Source: Nostoc sp. DedSLP01 (GTDB taxonomy: Bacteria > Cyanobacteriota > Cyanobacteriia > Cyanobacteriales > Nostocaceae). From it: a stretch of DNA of 64,000 nt. The translations under genes were made by a program, and so were the position numbers. Below are positions 12,253-22,976 of this stretch, piece after piece (within the stretch, counting starts at the first letter, position 1; every line of letters begins with the position of its first letter). Location of the stretch: NCBI GenBank assembly GCA_034530875.2, contig JAVRCJ020000006.1, positions 1-64,000 of the forward strand, given 5' to 3'. The notes beneath the pieces were generated by a model. That model saw nothing but the letters and a program-made list of their open reading frames with translations. It searched no databases and was not told the DNA's origin.

Positions 12253-12420
12253 GTTTAGTCATTGGTCATTAGTCATTAGGATTAGCGATCCAAAAAACAA
12301 AAGACAAGTGACTAACGATTCAGGACAAACGACAAAAGACTAAGGAAGAAGGATAATCAGTAGGTAGGGCGTTATATGCTCTACCTACAATTGTTATTGG
12401 TGAAATTGGGTGCAAAAGTT

Positions 12421-13758
12421 GTGGGTGTGAAACTAGGAATACTGGGATTAGGAACCGTTGGGACGGGTACAGTACAGTTGTTGCAAGATAAAACTGGGCG
12501 TCATCCGTTGTTGCAAGAGATAGAAATATACCGAGTGGGGGTACGAACGCTAGACAAACCCCGTGCAGTAAAATTGCCTGCGGAAGTAGTAACTACAGAT
12601 TTAGAAGCCATTGTCAACGACCCGGCAGTGGATATTATAGTCGAAGTCATGGGCGGACTAGAACCAGCGCGATCGCTCATTCTCAAAGCATTAAGTAATG
12701 GCAAGCACGTAGTCACTGCAAATAAAGCAGCGATCGCTCGTTTTGGAGCAGAAATTTTCACAACTGCCAATCAAGCTGGCGTATACGTCATGTTAGAAGC
12801 TGCTGTGGGTGGTGGGATTCCGGTGATTCAACCCTTGAAGCAGTCCTTAAGTGTTAACCGCATTCATACTGTAACTGGTATCGTTAACGGTACAACTAAT
12901 TACATCCTCACGCGGATGCAAACAGAAGGTAGCAACTTCAGCGATGTTTTAGCTGATGCTCAACGCTTGGGTTATGCGGAAGCTGACCCCACAGCCGATG
13001 TTGATGGCTTAGACGCAGCTGATAAAATTGCTATTTTGGCATCATTAGGCTTTGGCGGACGTATCAACCTTAAAGATGTCTATACCGAGGGGATTCGGCA
13101 AGTTAGCAAGACAGATATTGCCTACGCCGAAAAATTGGGATTTGTAATTAAATTATTAGCGATCGCTAAAAGTATTACGCCCTCACAAGAAGACGCAAGG
13201 CTATCTCCTCTGTCTGTGAGAGTTCATCCGACTTTAGTGCCGAAAGCTCATCCTTTGGCTAGCATTAACGGCGTTTACAATGCCATCCTTGTAGAAGGAG
13301 AACCCATTGGGCAAGTAATGTTTTTCGGCCCTGGTGCTGGTGCTGGTGCAACTGCAAGTGCTGTAACCTCAGATATTTTGAATTTAGCTGCAAGTTTAAA
13401 ATCGCAAAGACTCAGCACTCAGGAATTGAACCAATCCGAAATTACTGCGCTGAATCCATTATTAGCTTGCGGACATGACGAATACAGTCAAATTGTGCCG
13501 ATGGCAGAATTGATAACTCGGTTTTATGCGCGTTTCCTGACAAATGACCAGCCTGGAGTTATCGGGAAGTTGGGTACTTGCTTTGGTAACTATGGAGTTA
13601 GCTTAGAGTCAATCGTGCAAACTGGCTTTCAAGGGGAACTAGCAGAGATTGTAGTTGTTACCCATGATGTGCGGGAAGGCAACTTTCGGCAAGCTTTAGC
13701 AGAAATTGAGAGTCTGGAAGCGGTAGAAAGCATCCCTAGCTTACTGCGCGTACTTTGA
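12421..13758 (+). CDS. hom: Homoserine dehydrogenase with C-terminal ACT domain
   Basis: GLGTVG, VVTANK, EAAVGGGIP, NGTTNYIL, GYAEADP. Confidence 0.95.
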   Translation: MGVKLGILGLGTVGTGTVQLLQDKTGRHPLLQEIEIYRVGVRTLDKPRAVKLPAEVVTTDLEAIVNDPAVDIIVEVMGGLEPARSLILKALSNGKHVVTANKAAIARFGAEIFTTANQAGVYVMLEAAVGGGIPVIQPLKQSLSVNRIHTVTGIVNGTTNYILTRMQTEGSNFSDVLADAQRLGYAEADPTADVDGLDAADKIAILASLGFGGRINLKDVYTEGIRQVSKTDIAYAEKLGFVIKLLAIAKSITPSQEDARLSPLSVRVHPTLVPKAHPLASINGVYNAILVEGEPIGQVMFFGPGAGAGATASAVTSDILNLAASLKSQRLSTQELNQSEITALNPLLACGHDEYSQIVPMAELITRFYARFLTNDQPGVIGKLGTCFGNYGVSLESIVQTGFQGELAEIVVVTHDVREGNFRQALAEIESLEAVESIPSLLRVL

Positions 13759-13878
13759 GATTCGATGAATAGCGATCGGTCTGTAACTACAAACCTAGCT
13801 GTCAAGCAAGTCTTGGCAGCCTTCACCTAATTGCAAGCTAAACTAAAAAACAACCCTTACTTCTGCAAAGGTAGTCTT

Positions 13879-14622
13879 ATGACCTCTGCAACCGACCTAT
13901 CTACAGACCTGACTCCTTTTCCCGACCATACGCAGCTACCAGAGTCTAATGGCACTTTCGTGAAAAATTGGCAAGAGCATCCCCAAAGCATCTTACTCAC
14001 TGACTCTATTACACCTGTCCTCAAACAATTACATCCTGATGGTCAATATTGTATCGGTCAGGATTTAGGTATTTACTGGCGCTTGACAGACCCGCCAGAA
14101 AAAGGAGCAGAAGCACCAGATTGGTTTTATGTACCAAATGTACCGCCTTTGCTCGATGGACAAACGCGGAGGTCTTATGTATTGTGGCGAGAATTTATTG
14201 CCCCATTAATTGCCTTGGAATTTGTTTCAGGCAATGGTAGTGAAGAACGAGAAAAAACTCCTTGGCAGGGAAAATTTTGGATTTACGAGCAAGTAATTCA
14301 TCCGGCTTTTTATGGCATTTATGAAGTGAAGAAAGCCAGCTTGGAAATGTATGAATTAATTGGCGGACAATATCAGTTATTAACAGTAAATGAACGGGGG
14401 CATTATCCGATTACGCGCTTGGGAGTTGAGTTAGGTATTTGGCAAGGAATTTATCAAAACGTGGAATTACCCTGGTTACGTTGGTGGGATTTGCAAGGTA
14501 ATTTGTTGTTGACTGGCGATGAAAGAGCCGAACAAGAATCCCAAAGGGCTGAACAGGAAAGACAAAGAGCCGATCGCTTGACTGCACAATTGCGATCGCT
14601 TGGCATTGAACCAGAAATCTAA
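13879..14622 (+). CDS. Uma2 (DUF820) family PD-(D/E)XK putative endonuclease
   Basis: PDHTQLPES, APDWFYVP, PLIALEFVS, coiled-coil tail ending LRSLGIEP. Confidence 0.92.
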   Translation: MTSATDLSTDLTPFPDHTQLPESNGTFVKNWQEHPQSILLTDSITPVLKQLHPDGQYCIGQDLGIYWRLTDPPEKGAEAPDWFYVPNVPPLLDGQTRRSYVLWREFIAPLIALEFVSGNGSEEREKTPWQGKFWIYEQVIHPAFYGIYEVKKASLEMYELIGGQYQLLTVNERGHYPITRLGVELGIWQGIYQNVELPWLRWWDLQGNLLLTGDERAEQESQRAEQERQRADRLTAQLRSLGIEPEI

Positions 14623-14905
14623 TATTTTGGAATGGGGTTAACATCTGCGTAGATATGCAGTCTCTTGTTGTTAGACATATCTTGGTGTTAATGGGGGGCA
14701 ATCGTGTGAATTTTCAATTTTCCTAGTTAAGGTAACAAATAATAGACTAGGTATGTGGAGGCGCGAAATTTTGCGTCTCTATGATTTTGGAAAATAGTAG
14801 GATTAAAATATGCCATTTCAAAAGCCCCATTTGGTGATGTAGTAACACCAAGTATTACTAATAACTGAGTGAACAAACAAGTGTTAATACAAAGGAGTAA
14901 GGCCT

Positions 14906-16021
14906 GTGACAGATTTAAGTAACTACAATGCAGAATTAGCTTATGAGGAAACTTTAGAAGAAGAGCAAGAGGAAAAAGTTACTTTCCAGTATGATCCTGA
15001 TAAAATTAACATTGTAACTAGAGAACCAACAATAGAGTTATTGCTTAAAAGAATCAATGAAGAAGCCCTTGATTTAGCACCTGATTTCCAACGTCATGCG
15101 GATATATGGAAAGAAGATGCTCAAAGCAGGCTTATAGAATCTATTATTATCCGTATTCCCATACCAGCATTTTATATAGATGCTACTAATGAAGATAAAT
15201 GGTTAGTAGTCGATGGCTTACAGCGTCTATTTGCACTAAAGCGTTTTATTCTTGACAAAAAACTCAAACTATCTGGATTAGAATATCTTACAAATTTAGA
15301 AGGTAAAACCTACGATCAAATTGATCGCAGATACCAACGTCGTCTTGAAGAAACTCAACTAACAGTATATTTGATAGAAAAAGGCACACCTCCAGAAATT
15401 AAATATAATATTTTCAAACGCATTAATACAGGAGGACTTGCTTTATCTCCTCAAGAATTACGCCATGCTCTTAATCCTGGGAAAGGAACAAAGTTTTTAA
15501 CTAAACTTGCTGCATATCCCAAATTTCAACAGGTAGTTAAACTTGGAGATAAACGGATAATGCGTATGGATGATCGCGAATTTATACTAGGTTTTTTAGC
15601 ATTTACTTTGACTTCTTATAAAGATTATGCCGATAACAGAGATACTTTTTTAACTAAAGCACTATCTAAGACAAATCAACTCTCTGAAAACGAGCTAAAT
15701 AACATTGAAAATAATTTCCAAAGAACGATTATAGCTAACTGGAACATTTTTGGTAAAGATGCATTTCGTAAAATATCTAATTCTCAGAAAAGACAGTTTC
15801 CTATAAATAAAGCTCTCTTTGAATCTTGGTCAGTACTTCTGAGTGAATTGACTGACGATCAAATACAAATTTTAATACATAGAAAACAAAAATTGATTGA
15901 TATATTCAAGACATATATAGATAATGACAAATATTTTTTAGAATCTATATCTCAGGCTGCTGAGAAAGTACAGTATAGATTTAGTACTATAGAAAAAATA
16001 ATTCAGGAAGTACTTTCATGA
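14906..16021 (+). CDS. DUF262 (ParB-like) protein, NsnA-like component of a Menshen-type system
   Basis: PDFQR, SRLIESI, VVDGLQRL, IFKRINTGG; AAGGAG RBS before GTG. Confidence 0.88.
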   Translation: MTDLSNYNAELAYEETLEEEQEEKVTFQYDPDKINIVTREPTIELLLKRINEEALDLAPDFQRHADIWKEDAQSRLIESIIIRIPIPAFYIDATNEDKWLVVDGLQRLFALKRFILDKKLKLSGLEYLTNLEGKTYDQIDRRYQRRLEETQLTVYLIEKGTPPEIKYNIFKRINTGGLALSPQELRHALNPGKGTKFLTKLAAYPKFQQVVKLGDKRIMRMDDREFILGFLAFTLTSYKDYADNRDTFLTKALSKTNQLSENELNNIENNFQRTIIANWNIFGKDAFRKISNSQKRQFPINKALFESWSVLLSELTDDQIQILIHRKQKLIDIFKTYIDNDKYFLESISQAAEKVQYRFSTIEKIIQEVLS

Positions 16022-17133
16022 TTAACTCTCTTCGTCTGATCAACTTCAAACCTTTTAATAATCAGTTCCTAGAATTTAGACCTTTAACACTACTTTCTGG
16101 TCTCAATAGCACTGGTAAATCTTCTGTACTTCAATCATTACTACTACTACGTCAATCCTATCAGCAGGATTTATTGCCAAAAACTGGCTTGGCGCTAAAC
16201 GGTGATTTAGTAAATATTGGTACAGCACAAGATGCTCTTTATGAAAGTGCAAAAGATAACCATATAAGCTTTGAGATTATCTGGAAAAAATATCAAGGTA
16301 TATGGGATTTTAATTACAATCAAGATAAAAAACAAGAAGATGTATTAAATGTAATTTCAGAACCAAATGACCATAAAATCTATGAATTAAATCTATTTGA
16401 AAAAGATTTTTACTACCTTCAAGCAGAACGTATAGGTCCGCGTTCATTTAATGAAATGTCTGATTACCAAGCCAGAAGGCTTAGGCAAATTGGTACTAAA
16501 GGAGAATATAAAGCACATTTTCTTGATATTTATGGGCGTAAACCGATTCCTATATCAAATCTTAGTTATCCACAAGCTAAATCAATAGATTTAATAGACC
16601 AAGTGGAAGCATGGATGAGAGAGGTTAGTCCTGGTATACGCCTTAAAATTGAAGCTAACTCAGAGATAGGTATAGCAACTCTAAAATATTTTTATGGAGA
16701 TAGTAATCTTTACCGTGCAACAAACGTTGGTTTTGGAATTACTTACACTCTATCAATTATTGTAGCTATACTTTCATCTCCTCCTGGTACACTAATCCTA
16801 GTTGAAAACCCAGAAGCTCACCTTCATCCTAGAGGGCAAGTGAAAATGGGAGAATTATTAGCACTTGCTGCTAGTTGTGATATTCAGATTGTAATAGAAA
16901 CTCATAGCGATCATGTTTTAAACGGTATTCGTCTTGCTGTTCATGGCGGTATTATTCCACCGCATTATGTTCAGTTGCATTACTTCCAACGCCAAGAAAA
17001 ACAAGGACTAGCTTTTACAAAAGTAATTTCACCGCATATCGATCGCAATGGCAGAATAGATCGATGGCCTGATGGATTCTTTGATGAGTGGGAAAAAAGC
17101 TTGGATGCTTTGTTAGAACCGGCGGGAGAGTAA
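16018..17133 (+). CDS. ABC/AAA ATPase with C-terminal DUF3696, NsnB-like
   Basis: Walker A GLNSTGKS, NVGFG signature, ENPEAHLHP, ETHSDH, WPDGFFDE; ATGA overlap with the previous gene. Confidence 0.88.
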   Translation: MINSLRLINFKPFNNQFLEFRPLTLLSGLNSTGKSSVLQSLLLLRQSYQQDLLPKTGLALNGDLVNIGTAQDALYESAKDNHISFEIIWKKYQGIWDFNYNQDKKQEDVLNVISEPNDHKIYELNLFEKDFYYLQAERIGPRSFNEMSDYQARRLRQIGTKGEYKAHFLDIYGRKPIPISNLSYPQAKSIDLIDQVEAWMREVSPGIRLKIEANSEIGIATLKYFYGDSNLYRATNVGFGITYTLSIIVAILSSPPGTLILVENPEAHLHPRGQVKMGELLALAASCDIQIVIETHSDHVLNGIRLAVHGGIIPPHYVQLHYFQRQEKQGLAFTKVISPHIDRNGRIDRWPDGFFDEWEKSLDALLEPAGE

Positions 17134-17135
17134 AT

Positions 17136-18089
17136 GTGGAGATTGACTTAGTATTAAATGAGCTTTCTCTAAAAAATATGGCTTCTGATGAGCAAACAGC
17201 GCGGCAATGGATGTCAAACTTTATTCAAACTATAAAAGCAGTAAAGTCACAGGGTGTGAAAGTTAGCCTTCGTACTAAAGATAACTTTCATCAAACTATA
17301 CTTGCACCTGACTATCCTTTACGTCGTTGGCTTAATGATAAAGAAGTAGATCAAGTTGAACGAGGTTTTATCAGAACTTTAGCAACTACAAGCCCTTTTT
17401 CAACTAATATCACTAATTTAGACATTCAAGATATTGAAAATAATATTGGCTCATCCGAATTTTGGCATCACGGAGAACCAGCTGTTGGACTTGGTATTGC
17501 CTACATGCTTGACACAATGGCAATCAGTTTGATTTCAGCGCAACGCTGGGATTTAAGTCTCCTAGCAGTCAAAGCCAGAACAATTAATGAAGAGGGAGAG
17601 GTAATCGATTACATTGTTAACATTATTCATGCTTGTCGTAGCAGCCATGTACAAGAACACACAGAGTGGTTTAAAAACCGCATTCGTACTAGTGTTATCG
17701 ATGGTGAAGATGTTTGGAATCGTAGAGAGGAATTATTTCCTAATTTAGAGTTTTGCGAAAATATCAGCAAACAAATTCAGAGCCTTTATTGTGGAACTCC
17801 AATGCTCATACAGGTTGTAAATAAGTTGTTTGAACTGGAAAATTGCTGTAAAACTTGGACAAATGGAGATTTTGATTTAGACCTTCTTGCTAGTAAAGCT
17901 ACTCCAGAAAGTGACTCTAGGCTTAAAAAGTTGGAGGAGAAGTTAACCTTTAAATGCCCTGATAATAAGTATCGTTTATTCAGTTTGCATCTTAGAATGA
18001 CTGGTGCAGGAGCTTGGCGGCTTCACTTCTGTACAGAATTAGGGCCTGGCAAAATAATCATTGGTTACATCGGCCCAAAAATACAATAG
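17136..18089 (+). CDS. Hypothetical third component (NsnC-like); C-terminus resembles RelE-superfamily RNases
   Basis: GTG 2 nt after the previous stop with GGGAG RBS; LVLNELS start; FSLHLRM...WRLHF...IIIGYIGPK end. Confidence 0.7.
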   Translation: MEIDLVLNELSLKNMASDEQTARQWMSNFIQTIKAVKSQGVKVSLRTKDNFHQTILAPDYPLRRWLNDKEVDQVERGFIRTLATTSPFSTNITNLDIQDIENNIGSSEFWHHGEPAVGLGIAYMLDTMAISLISAQRWDLSLLAVKARTINEEGEVIDYIVNIIHACRSSHVQEHTEWFKNRIRTSVIDGEDVWNRREELFPNLEFCENISKQIQSLYCGTPMLIQVVNKLFELENCCKTWTNGDFDLDLLASKATPESDSRLKKLEEKLTFKCPDNKYRLFSLHLRMTGAGAWRLHFCTELGPGKIIIGYIGPKIQ

Positions 18090-18095
18090 GTCAAA

Positions 18096-18244
18096 TATCA
18101 TAATATGGAATTGCCTTGGTTGCGCTGGTGAGATTTACAAAGTAATTTGTTGTTGACTGGCGAAGAAAGAGCCGAAAAGGAACCCAAAGAGCAGAACGCC
18201 TAGCTGCTCAATTGCGCTCTCTAGGTATCGACCATAATGCATAA
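18096..18244 (+). pseudogene. Decayed 3' end of a Uma2 gene, similar to ~14452-14622
   Basis: YHNMELPWLRW*DLQSNLLLTGEERAEKE, then a frameshift to QRAERLAAQLRSLGIDHNA*. Confidence 0.85.
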
Positions 18245-18261
18245 TCTTTGCTAAAAGTCAA

Positions 18262-19392
18262 CTATTTATTTACCTCTAGCAACTGGGAAGTTTCCAAGCG
18301 ACTCATCCACTTTGCAAAATAAACTCGATTCGCTTTTTCCTCGGATGGATCTTTGGTATCTATTGGATAAGGGGCTAGTCCTAAAATCGCTGCCGTGGTC
18401 ACGCAAAACATCGATTTTTGGAAAGTCATACAAATTTGTACTCGCAAATCATCTTCACCCCGGAGGCTGCGACGATAGATTTCATGCAAATACTCTGGCA
18501 GATAATGACGCATATCTTGCATCAACAAGGTGGGAGGGATACCTGCACCGCCGATGGGTAGAGGGTCGGCGTACAATGCGCCATACTGGAATCGACTTTG
18601 ATCTGGAGAAATTTGATAAGCTTGAGCGTTGTATGAAACTGTGCCTTGGAAAGGTGTTCCTCTAAAGAAAACTGCCTCTACATAAGGTACTGCTGTGTCT
18701 CCCAAGAAGGTTAAACCAACGTCTTTAGGAATGATGTCATAGATTTTTTCCTTAATTTTGACGCTGTAGGTAATTGGCTTGGCTGCACTTTCCACTAACC
18801 CGGCTTTAATATGGTCTACTACTTGGGGAATCGATGTGATTTCGCCTTTGTCGTAGAGGTCAGATAAGCTCAAGAAAATGTCAGCCATGACTCGCCAAAA
18901 TTGACCTAAACCACTGTAGTAAGCAGAGACGCGTAACTGTTCGGTTAAAAAATCTGGAAACAGTTGATTGATACCTAAAATTAAGGGATTATTTTTAAAT
19001 TTAGCTGTAATTACAGCTTGCGCTCTTTCTTGAAATTCTTTTGTATCTAAATATTCATCCAAACCGCCGCCGCCGTGCCACATCATGGCTTTCAGGCAAT
19101 ACTCGGCATATTCAAAATTAATGCGATCGTGCCACCAGTGACGAAGTAATTTTTGAAAAGATACTTCTCCATTAAAGTATTTAAAAAATGGGAAAAATAC
19201 TAAAAATTGATGCTCGGCAATGTAAATTAGATTTATTGAGTAAGCATCTAAAACTACACCATAGCTTTTGAGAATCCCAACTACTTCCACAACATTTTGT
19301 GGAGTATCGCTCAGTAGTGCTTCTCCTGTTTGCAGGCGTTCGATAAACTCAGGTAAAGGTTCTTTAGTGGATTTATTTCTAATAGTTACCAT
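18262..19392 (-). CDS. cupB: CO2 hydration protein CupB (ChpX)
   Basis: HDRINFEYAEYC, GGAGIPPTLLMQDM; ~376 aa; follows ndhF4-ndhD4. Confidence 0.92.
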   Translation of the reverse strand: MVTIRNKSTKEPLPEFIERLQTGEALLSDTPQNVVEVVGILKSYGVVLDAYSINLIYIAEHQFLVFFPFFKYFNGEVSFQKLLRHWWHDRINFEYAEYCLKAMMWHGGGGLDEYLDTKEFQERAQAVITAKFKNNPLILGINQLFPDFLTEQLRVSAYYSGLGQFWRVMADIFLSLSDLYDKGEITSIPQVVDHIKAGLVESAAKPITYSVKIKEKIYDIIPKDVGLTFLGDTAVPYVEAVFFRGTPFQGTVSYNAQAYQISPDQSRFQYGALYADPLPIGGAGIPPTLLMQDMRHYLPEYLHEIYRRSLRGEDDLRVQICMTFQKSMFCVTTAAILGLAPYPIDTKDPSEEKANRVYFAKWMSRLETSQLLEVNK

Positions 19393-19526
19393 TGCTAGTT
19401 CTCCATAAATTATAGGGCATGGGGCATAGGGCATGGGGCATTGAGAGTTAGGAGTTAGGAGTTAGGAGTTATTATTTTCCTATCTACCCATCTCCTCATC
19501 TCCCCATTTCCCCATTTTCCTATTCC

Positions 19527-21029
19527 CTATTCCCCACTCCCCATTTTCTTATCCCAAGACACTGCTACTACGTTTTGAGTATTAACCATTGCTGTAATTG
19601 TTGGTTCAGTCCAGCGTGCTAACCAAGACGGCTGGATGCCAAAAATCACAATTAGTAAAGCTAAAATTACAGCTGGCATACGATCGCTCCAATACACCCG
19701 TGGTAAGTTGACAACAGGTGAAGATAAGCGCCCAAAGAAGGCGCGGTTCATCAGTAACAGGAAGTAAACTGCTGTTAACCCCGTACCAATCATGCACAGC
19801 AGTGTTTGTACTGGAAAAACTGCAAAACTACCCCGATAAACGATGAATTCGGAAATAAATCCTAACATTCCCGGGATACCTGCGCTGGCCATGACTCCCA
19901 CAATCATCAAGCTACCGATGACTGGCATACCACGTTCTGGGTTCAGCAGTCCTCTGATAATTTCTAAATCGCGGCTGCCGGCTTTTTTATAGACAACGCC
20001 TACCAGCAAAAACAGCATTGCAGAAATCAAGCCGTGGCTAATCATTTGCATCACAGCACCTAACACGCTTAAAGGTGTAGCCGCCGCCGCCGCTATCAGC
20101 ACGTAACCCATGTGTCCAATAGAACTGTACGCCACCATTTTTTTCATATCTGTTTGGGCGATCGCACAGGATGAACCATACAATACACTTACTGCTGCCC
20201 AAATTGCTAACCAAGGAGCCAGATAACTCCAGGCTTCTGGTAACAAGTTCATGCCAAATCGCAGTAAGCCGTAAGTTCCCAACTTCAACAATACACCAGC
20301 TAACAGCACGGAAATCGGTGTGGAAGCTTCAACGTGAGCATCTGGCAACCAAGTATGAAAAGGAACTAAGGGAATTTTAATTCCAAAACCTACCAAAATT
20401 CCCACTAGCAGTAAAATTTGTGTTGCTAAAGGTAGAGTCTTGGGGTTCAAAGTTGCTAGTGCAAAGCTAGAGGAACCACTCAACCAAACCATTCCCAGGA
20501 AACTTGCTAAGATTAGGATTCCCGAAACGGCGGTATAAATGAGGAATTTTGTTGCCGCATAACCCCGTCTTGTACCACCCCAAATAGCTATCAGCAGATA
20601 CAGGGGAATCAACTCCAATTCGTAAAACAGGAAAAATAGCAGTAAATCCTGTGCTAAGAAAGCTCCTGTGACGCCAACGCTTAATAGTAGTATCAAGGAG
20701 TAGTACAATTTCGGTCGCGCAAGGGATTCATCGCTACTGTAGATGGCAATGGAAGTCAACAGTCCATTCAAAAGCAGCAATAGCAAAGATAAACCATCTA
20801 CTCCCAGGTTATAGTTCAAGCCTAAGACATCAATCCAAGGAACAGACTCGGCAAATTGTAGACCCACTTCCCCGGGACGGAACTGAATTGTTAATACAAT
20901 TGTCAACAAGAAAGCAACAATTGCAAATACCAAAGCTACCCCACGGGCAAGTTTGCCACTAATCCCAGAGGGCCAGAAACCAATTAAAGCTGCGCCAATC
21001 AAAGGCACTAGAATTAAAGCACTAAGCAT
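19527..21029 (-). CDS. ndhD4: NDH-1 subunit D4 (NuoM family)
   Basis: FHTWLPDAHVEA, LLKLGTYG, AYSSIGHMG; context. Confidence 0.9.
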   Translation of the reverse strand: MLSALILVPLIGAALIGFWPSGISGKLARGVALVFAIVAFLLTIVLTIQFRPGEVGLQFAESVPWIDVLGLNYNLGVDGLSLLLLLLNGLLTSIAIYSSDESLARPKLYYSLILLLSVGVTGAFLAQDLLLFFLFYELELIPLYLLIAIWGGTRRGYAATKFLIYTAVSGILILASFLGMVWLSGSSSFALATLNPKTLPLATQILLLVGILVGFGIKIPLVPFHTWLPDAHVEASTPISVLLAGVLLKLGTYGLLRFGMNLLPEAWSYLAPWLAIWAAVSVLYGSSCAIAQTDMKKMVAYSSIGHMGYVLIAAAAATPLSVLGAVMQMISHGLISAMLFLLVGVVYKKAGSRDLEIIRGLLNPERGMPVIGSLMIVGVMASAGIPGMLGFISEFIVYRGSFAVFPVQTLLCMIGTGLTAVYFLLLMNRAFFGRLSSPVVNLPRVYWSDRMPAVILALLIVIFGIQPSWLARWTEPTITAMVNTQNVVAVSWDKKMGSGE

Positions 21030-21119
21030 AGATACAAGAGGATAGGGGACTAGGGACTAGTGACTGGGGAGGAGAGGCAGAATAATAACTCCTCAGTCAA
21101 CAGTTAACAGCCAACACTG

Positions 21120-22976
21120 TTAAAAGGGCAGTTTGTCTAATAAACCCAATGACCAGCTGATAAAAAAGCCCAGGATGCTGACGACTGCTAGGATGGTCAA
21201 CATATAACCTTGGGATTGTCCGGAAATGCTGTACTTTAAACTTTGGCCGCCGAAAATTGTGGCAAACCCAACTAAATTCACTATACCGTCAACTAAATAG
21301 CGATCGCTCCAAGCAGAAATCTTCGATAGCACCGCTACTGCACTCACTACGGTAACTCGATAAATGCGATCGATGTAAAAGTCATAACCCAACAAATCTT
21401 GGAGAAATCTCCATGCCAGGATTCTCGATCTTGACCAGGCTTTGTGCAGATAAATTGTAGACCCTACAACGACTCCTAGTACTGTAGAAGAAAACAACGC
21501 TAATACCACATACCAATTGATACTTTCCCAATCAGGTAGCAGATACCATTGCTGTAGCATCAAAGGTACAAGCAAAGTCAATATTGTTAAAGTCACCATT
21601 GGCAATGCCATCGACCAACCAACTTCTGGAGTACGGCGGGTCTTTTGTTGCGGTTTACCCCAAAAGACTAATCGAAATACTCTGGTCAAGTTCAATGCTG
21701 TCAAGCCATTGACTAGCAATAAAACTCCAATCACCCAAGGGCTAATAGTTACAAAACCGTCAGCCCATGCCAGCATTGCCCAGAAACTTCCCAGCGGTAG
21801 AAGCGTAACCATTCCTGCCGAACCAACTACGTAAGCAGTTGTGGTAGCTGGCATCCTCGACCATAAACCGCCCATTTCTGTCAAGTCTTGGCTTTGGGTA
21901 GTTAAGATTACCGAACCAGAACTCATAAATAATAATGCTTTGGCGATCGCATGAGTTAATAGCAACATCAAGGCGACACCACCTTGCTGCAAACCGACTG
22001 CCAAAAATGCTAACCCCATGTATGCACTAGTTGAATGAGATAAGGCTCGCTTAATGTCTATTTGAGCTATGGATACTAATGTTGCACCAATTGCCGTCAC
22101 CGTACCCATGATTACCAAAGCATTTAAGGCAACTGGTGACAGGGCTAACAATGGTTGCAGTTTATATAATAAATAAGCACCACCAGCTACTACCAAGGAA
22201 TTTCGCATTACCGACGCCGGGTTCGGCCCTTCCATTGCCTCATCTAACCACAGGTGCAGTGGAAACTGAGCGCATTTCCCCGCAGGCCCGGCAATTAAAG
22301 CCAGCCCTAATAATGTTGATGTGACTGGGCTTAAATTTGCTGTTTGCGCCCACTCATATAAATCGGAAAAGTTCAAACTGCCAGCCAAGGTGGAAAGAGT
22401 GACTACAGCCATCAGCAGTAACAAATCTCCCACCCGTTTAGTTAAAAACGCATCTCGCGCGGCTGTTACTACTAAAGGTTGAGCGTACCAGAAGCCCACC
22501 AGCAAATAAGTCGAAAGTGTCAGAACTTCTAAAAGGGCATAGCTCAAAAACAAAGAATCGCTGATTGCTAAACCGCTAAGCGCTGCTTCAAAAAATCCCA
22601 GCAGCGCAAAAAAACGTGCTAACGACCAGTCTTTTTCCATGTAACCCAAGGCGTAAACTTGTGCTAGTAAGCTTAAGCCTGTAATTAAAACTGTTGCCCC
22701 AATACTCACGGGTGAGAGTTCCAAAGCAAAGGATAAGTCTAAATCCGCAGCTTTGAACCAGCTAACCAACAAATTTTCTGGTTCTCTATCCCAAATATCT
22801 TTAAATACAAACAAACTATGGACAAAAGCCAAAACGGTCGTCAACAAGTTGATGTATGCCGCAGGTCTTGGCCCTGTGCGTCGAATTATTCCCAACCCCC
22901 ACGGTAAAGTCAAAATTGCGCCGAACAAGCTATATAACGGTACAAACCAACTCGTTAAAAATAAAAATTGACTCAT
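21120..22976 (-). CDS. ndhF4: NDH-1 subunit F4
   Basis: GPRPAAYINL, LHLWLDEAMEGP; precedes ndhD4-cupB. Confidence 0.9.
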   Translation of the reverse strand: MSQFLFLTSWFVPLYSLFGAILTLPWGLGIIRRTGPRPAAYINLLTTVLAFVHSLFVFKDIWDREPENLLVSWFKAADLDLSFALELSPVSIGATVLITGLSLLAQVYALGYMEKDWSLARFFALLGFFEAALSGLAISDSLFLSYALLEVLTLSTYLLVGFWYAQPLVVTAARDAFLTKRVGDLLLLMAVVTLSTLAGSLNFSDLYEWAQTANLSPVTSTLLGLALIAGPAGKCAQFPLHLWLDEAMEGPNPASVMRNSLVVAGGAYLLYKLQPLLALSPVALNALVIMGTVTAIGATLVSIAQIDIKRALSHSTSAYMGLAFLAVGLQQGGVALMLLLTHAIAKALLFMSSGSVILTTQSQDLTEMGGLWSRMPATTTAYVVGSAGMVTLLPLGSFWAMLAWADGFVTISPWVIGVLLLVNGLTALNLTRVFRLVFWGKPQQKTRRTPEVGWSMALPMVTLTILTLLVPLMLQQWYLLPDWESINWYVVLALFSSTVLGVVVGSTIYLHKAWSRSRILAWRFLQDLLGYDFYIDRIYRVTVVSAVAVLSKISAWSDRYLVDGIVNLVGFATIFGGQSLKYSISGQSQGYMLTILAVVSILGFFISWSLGLLDKLPF

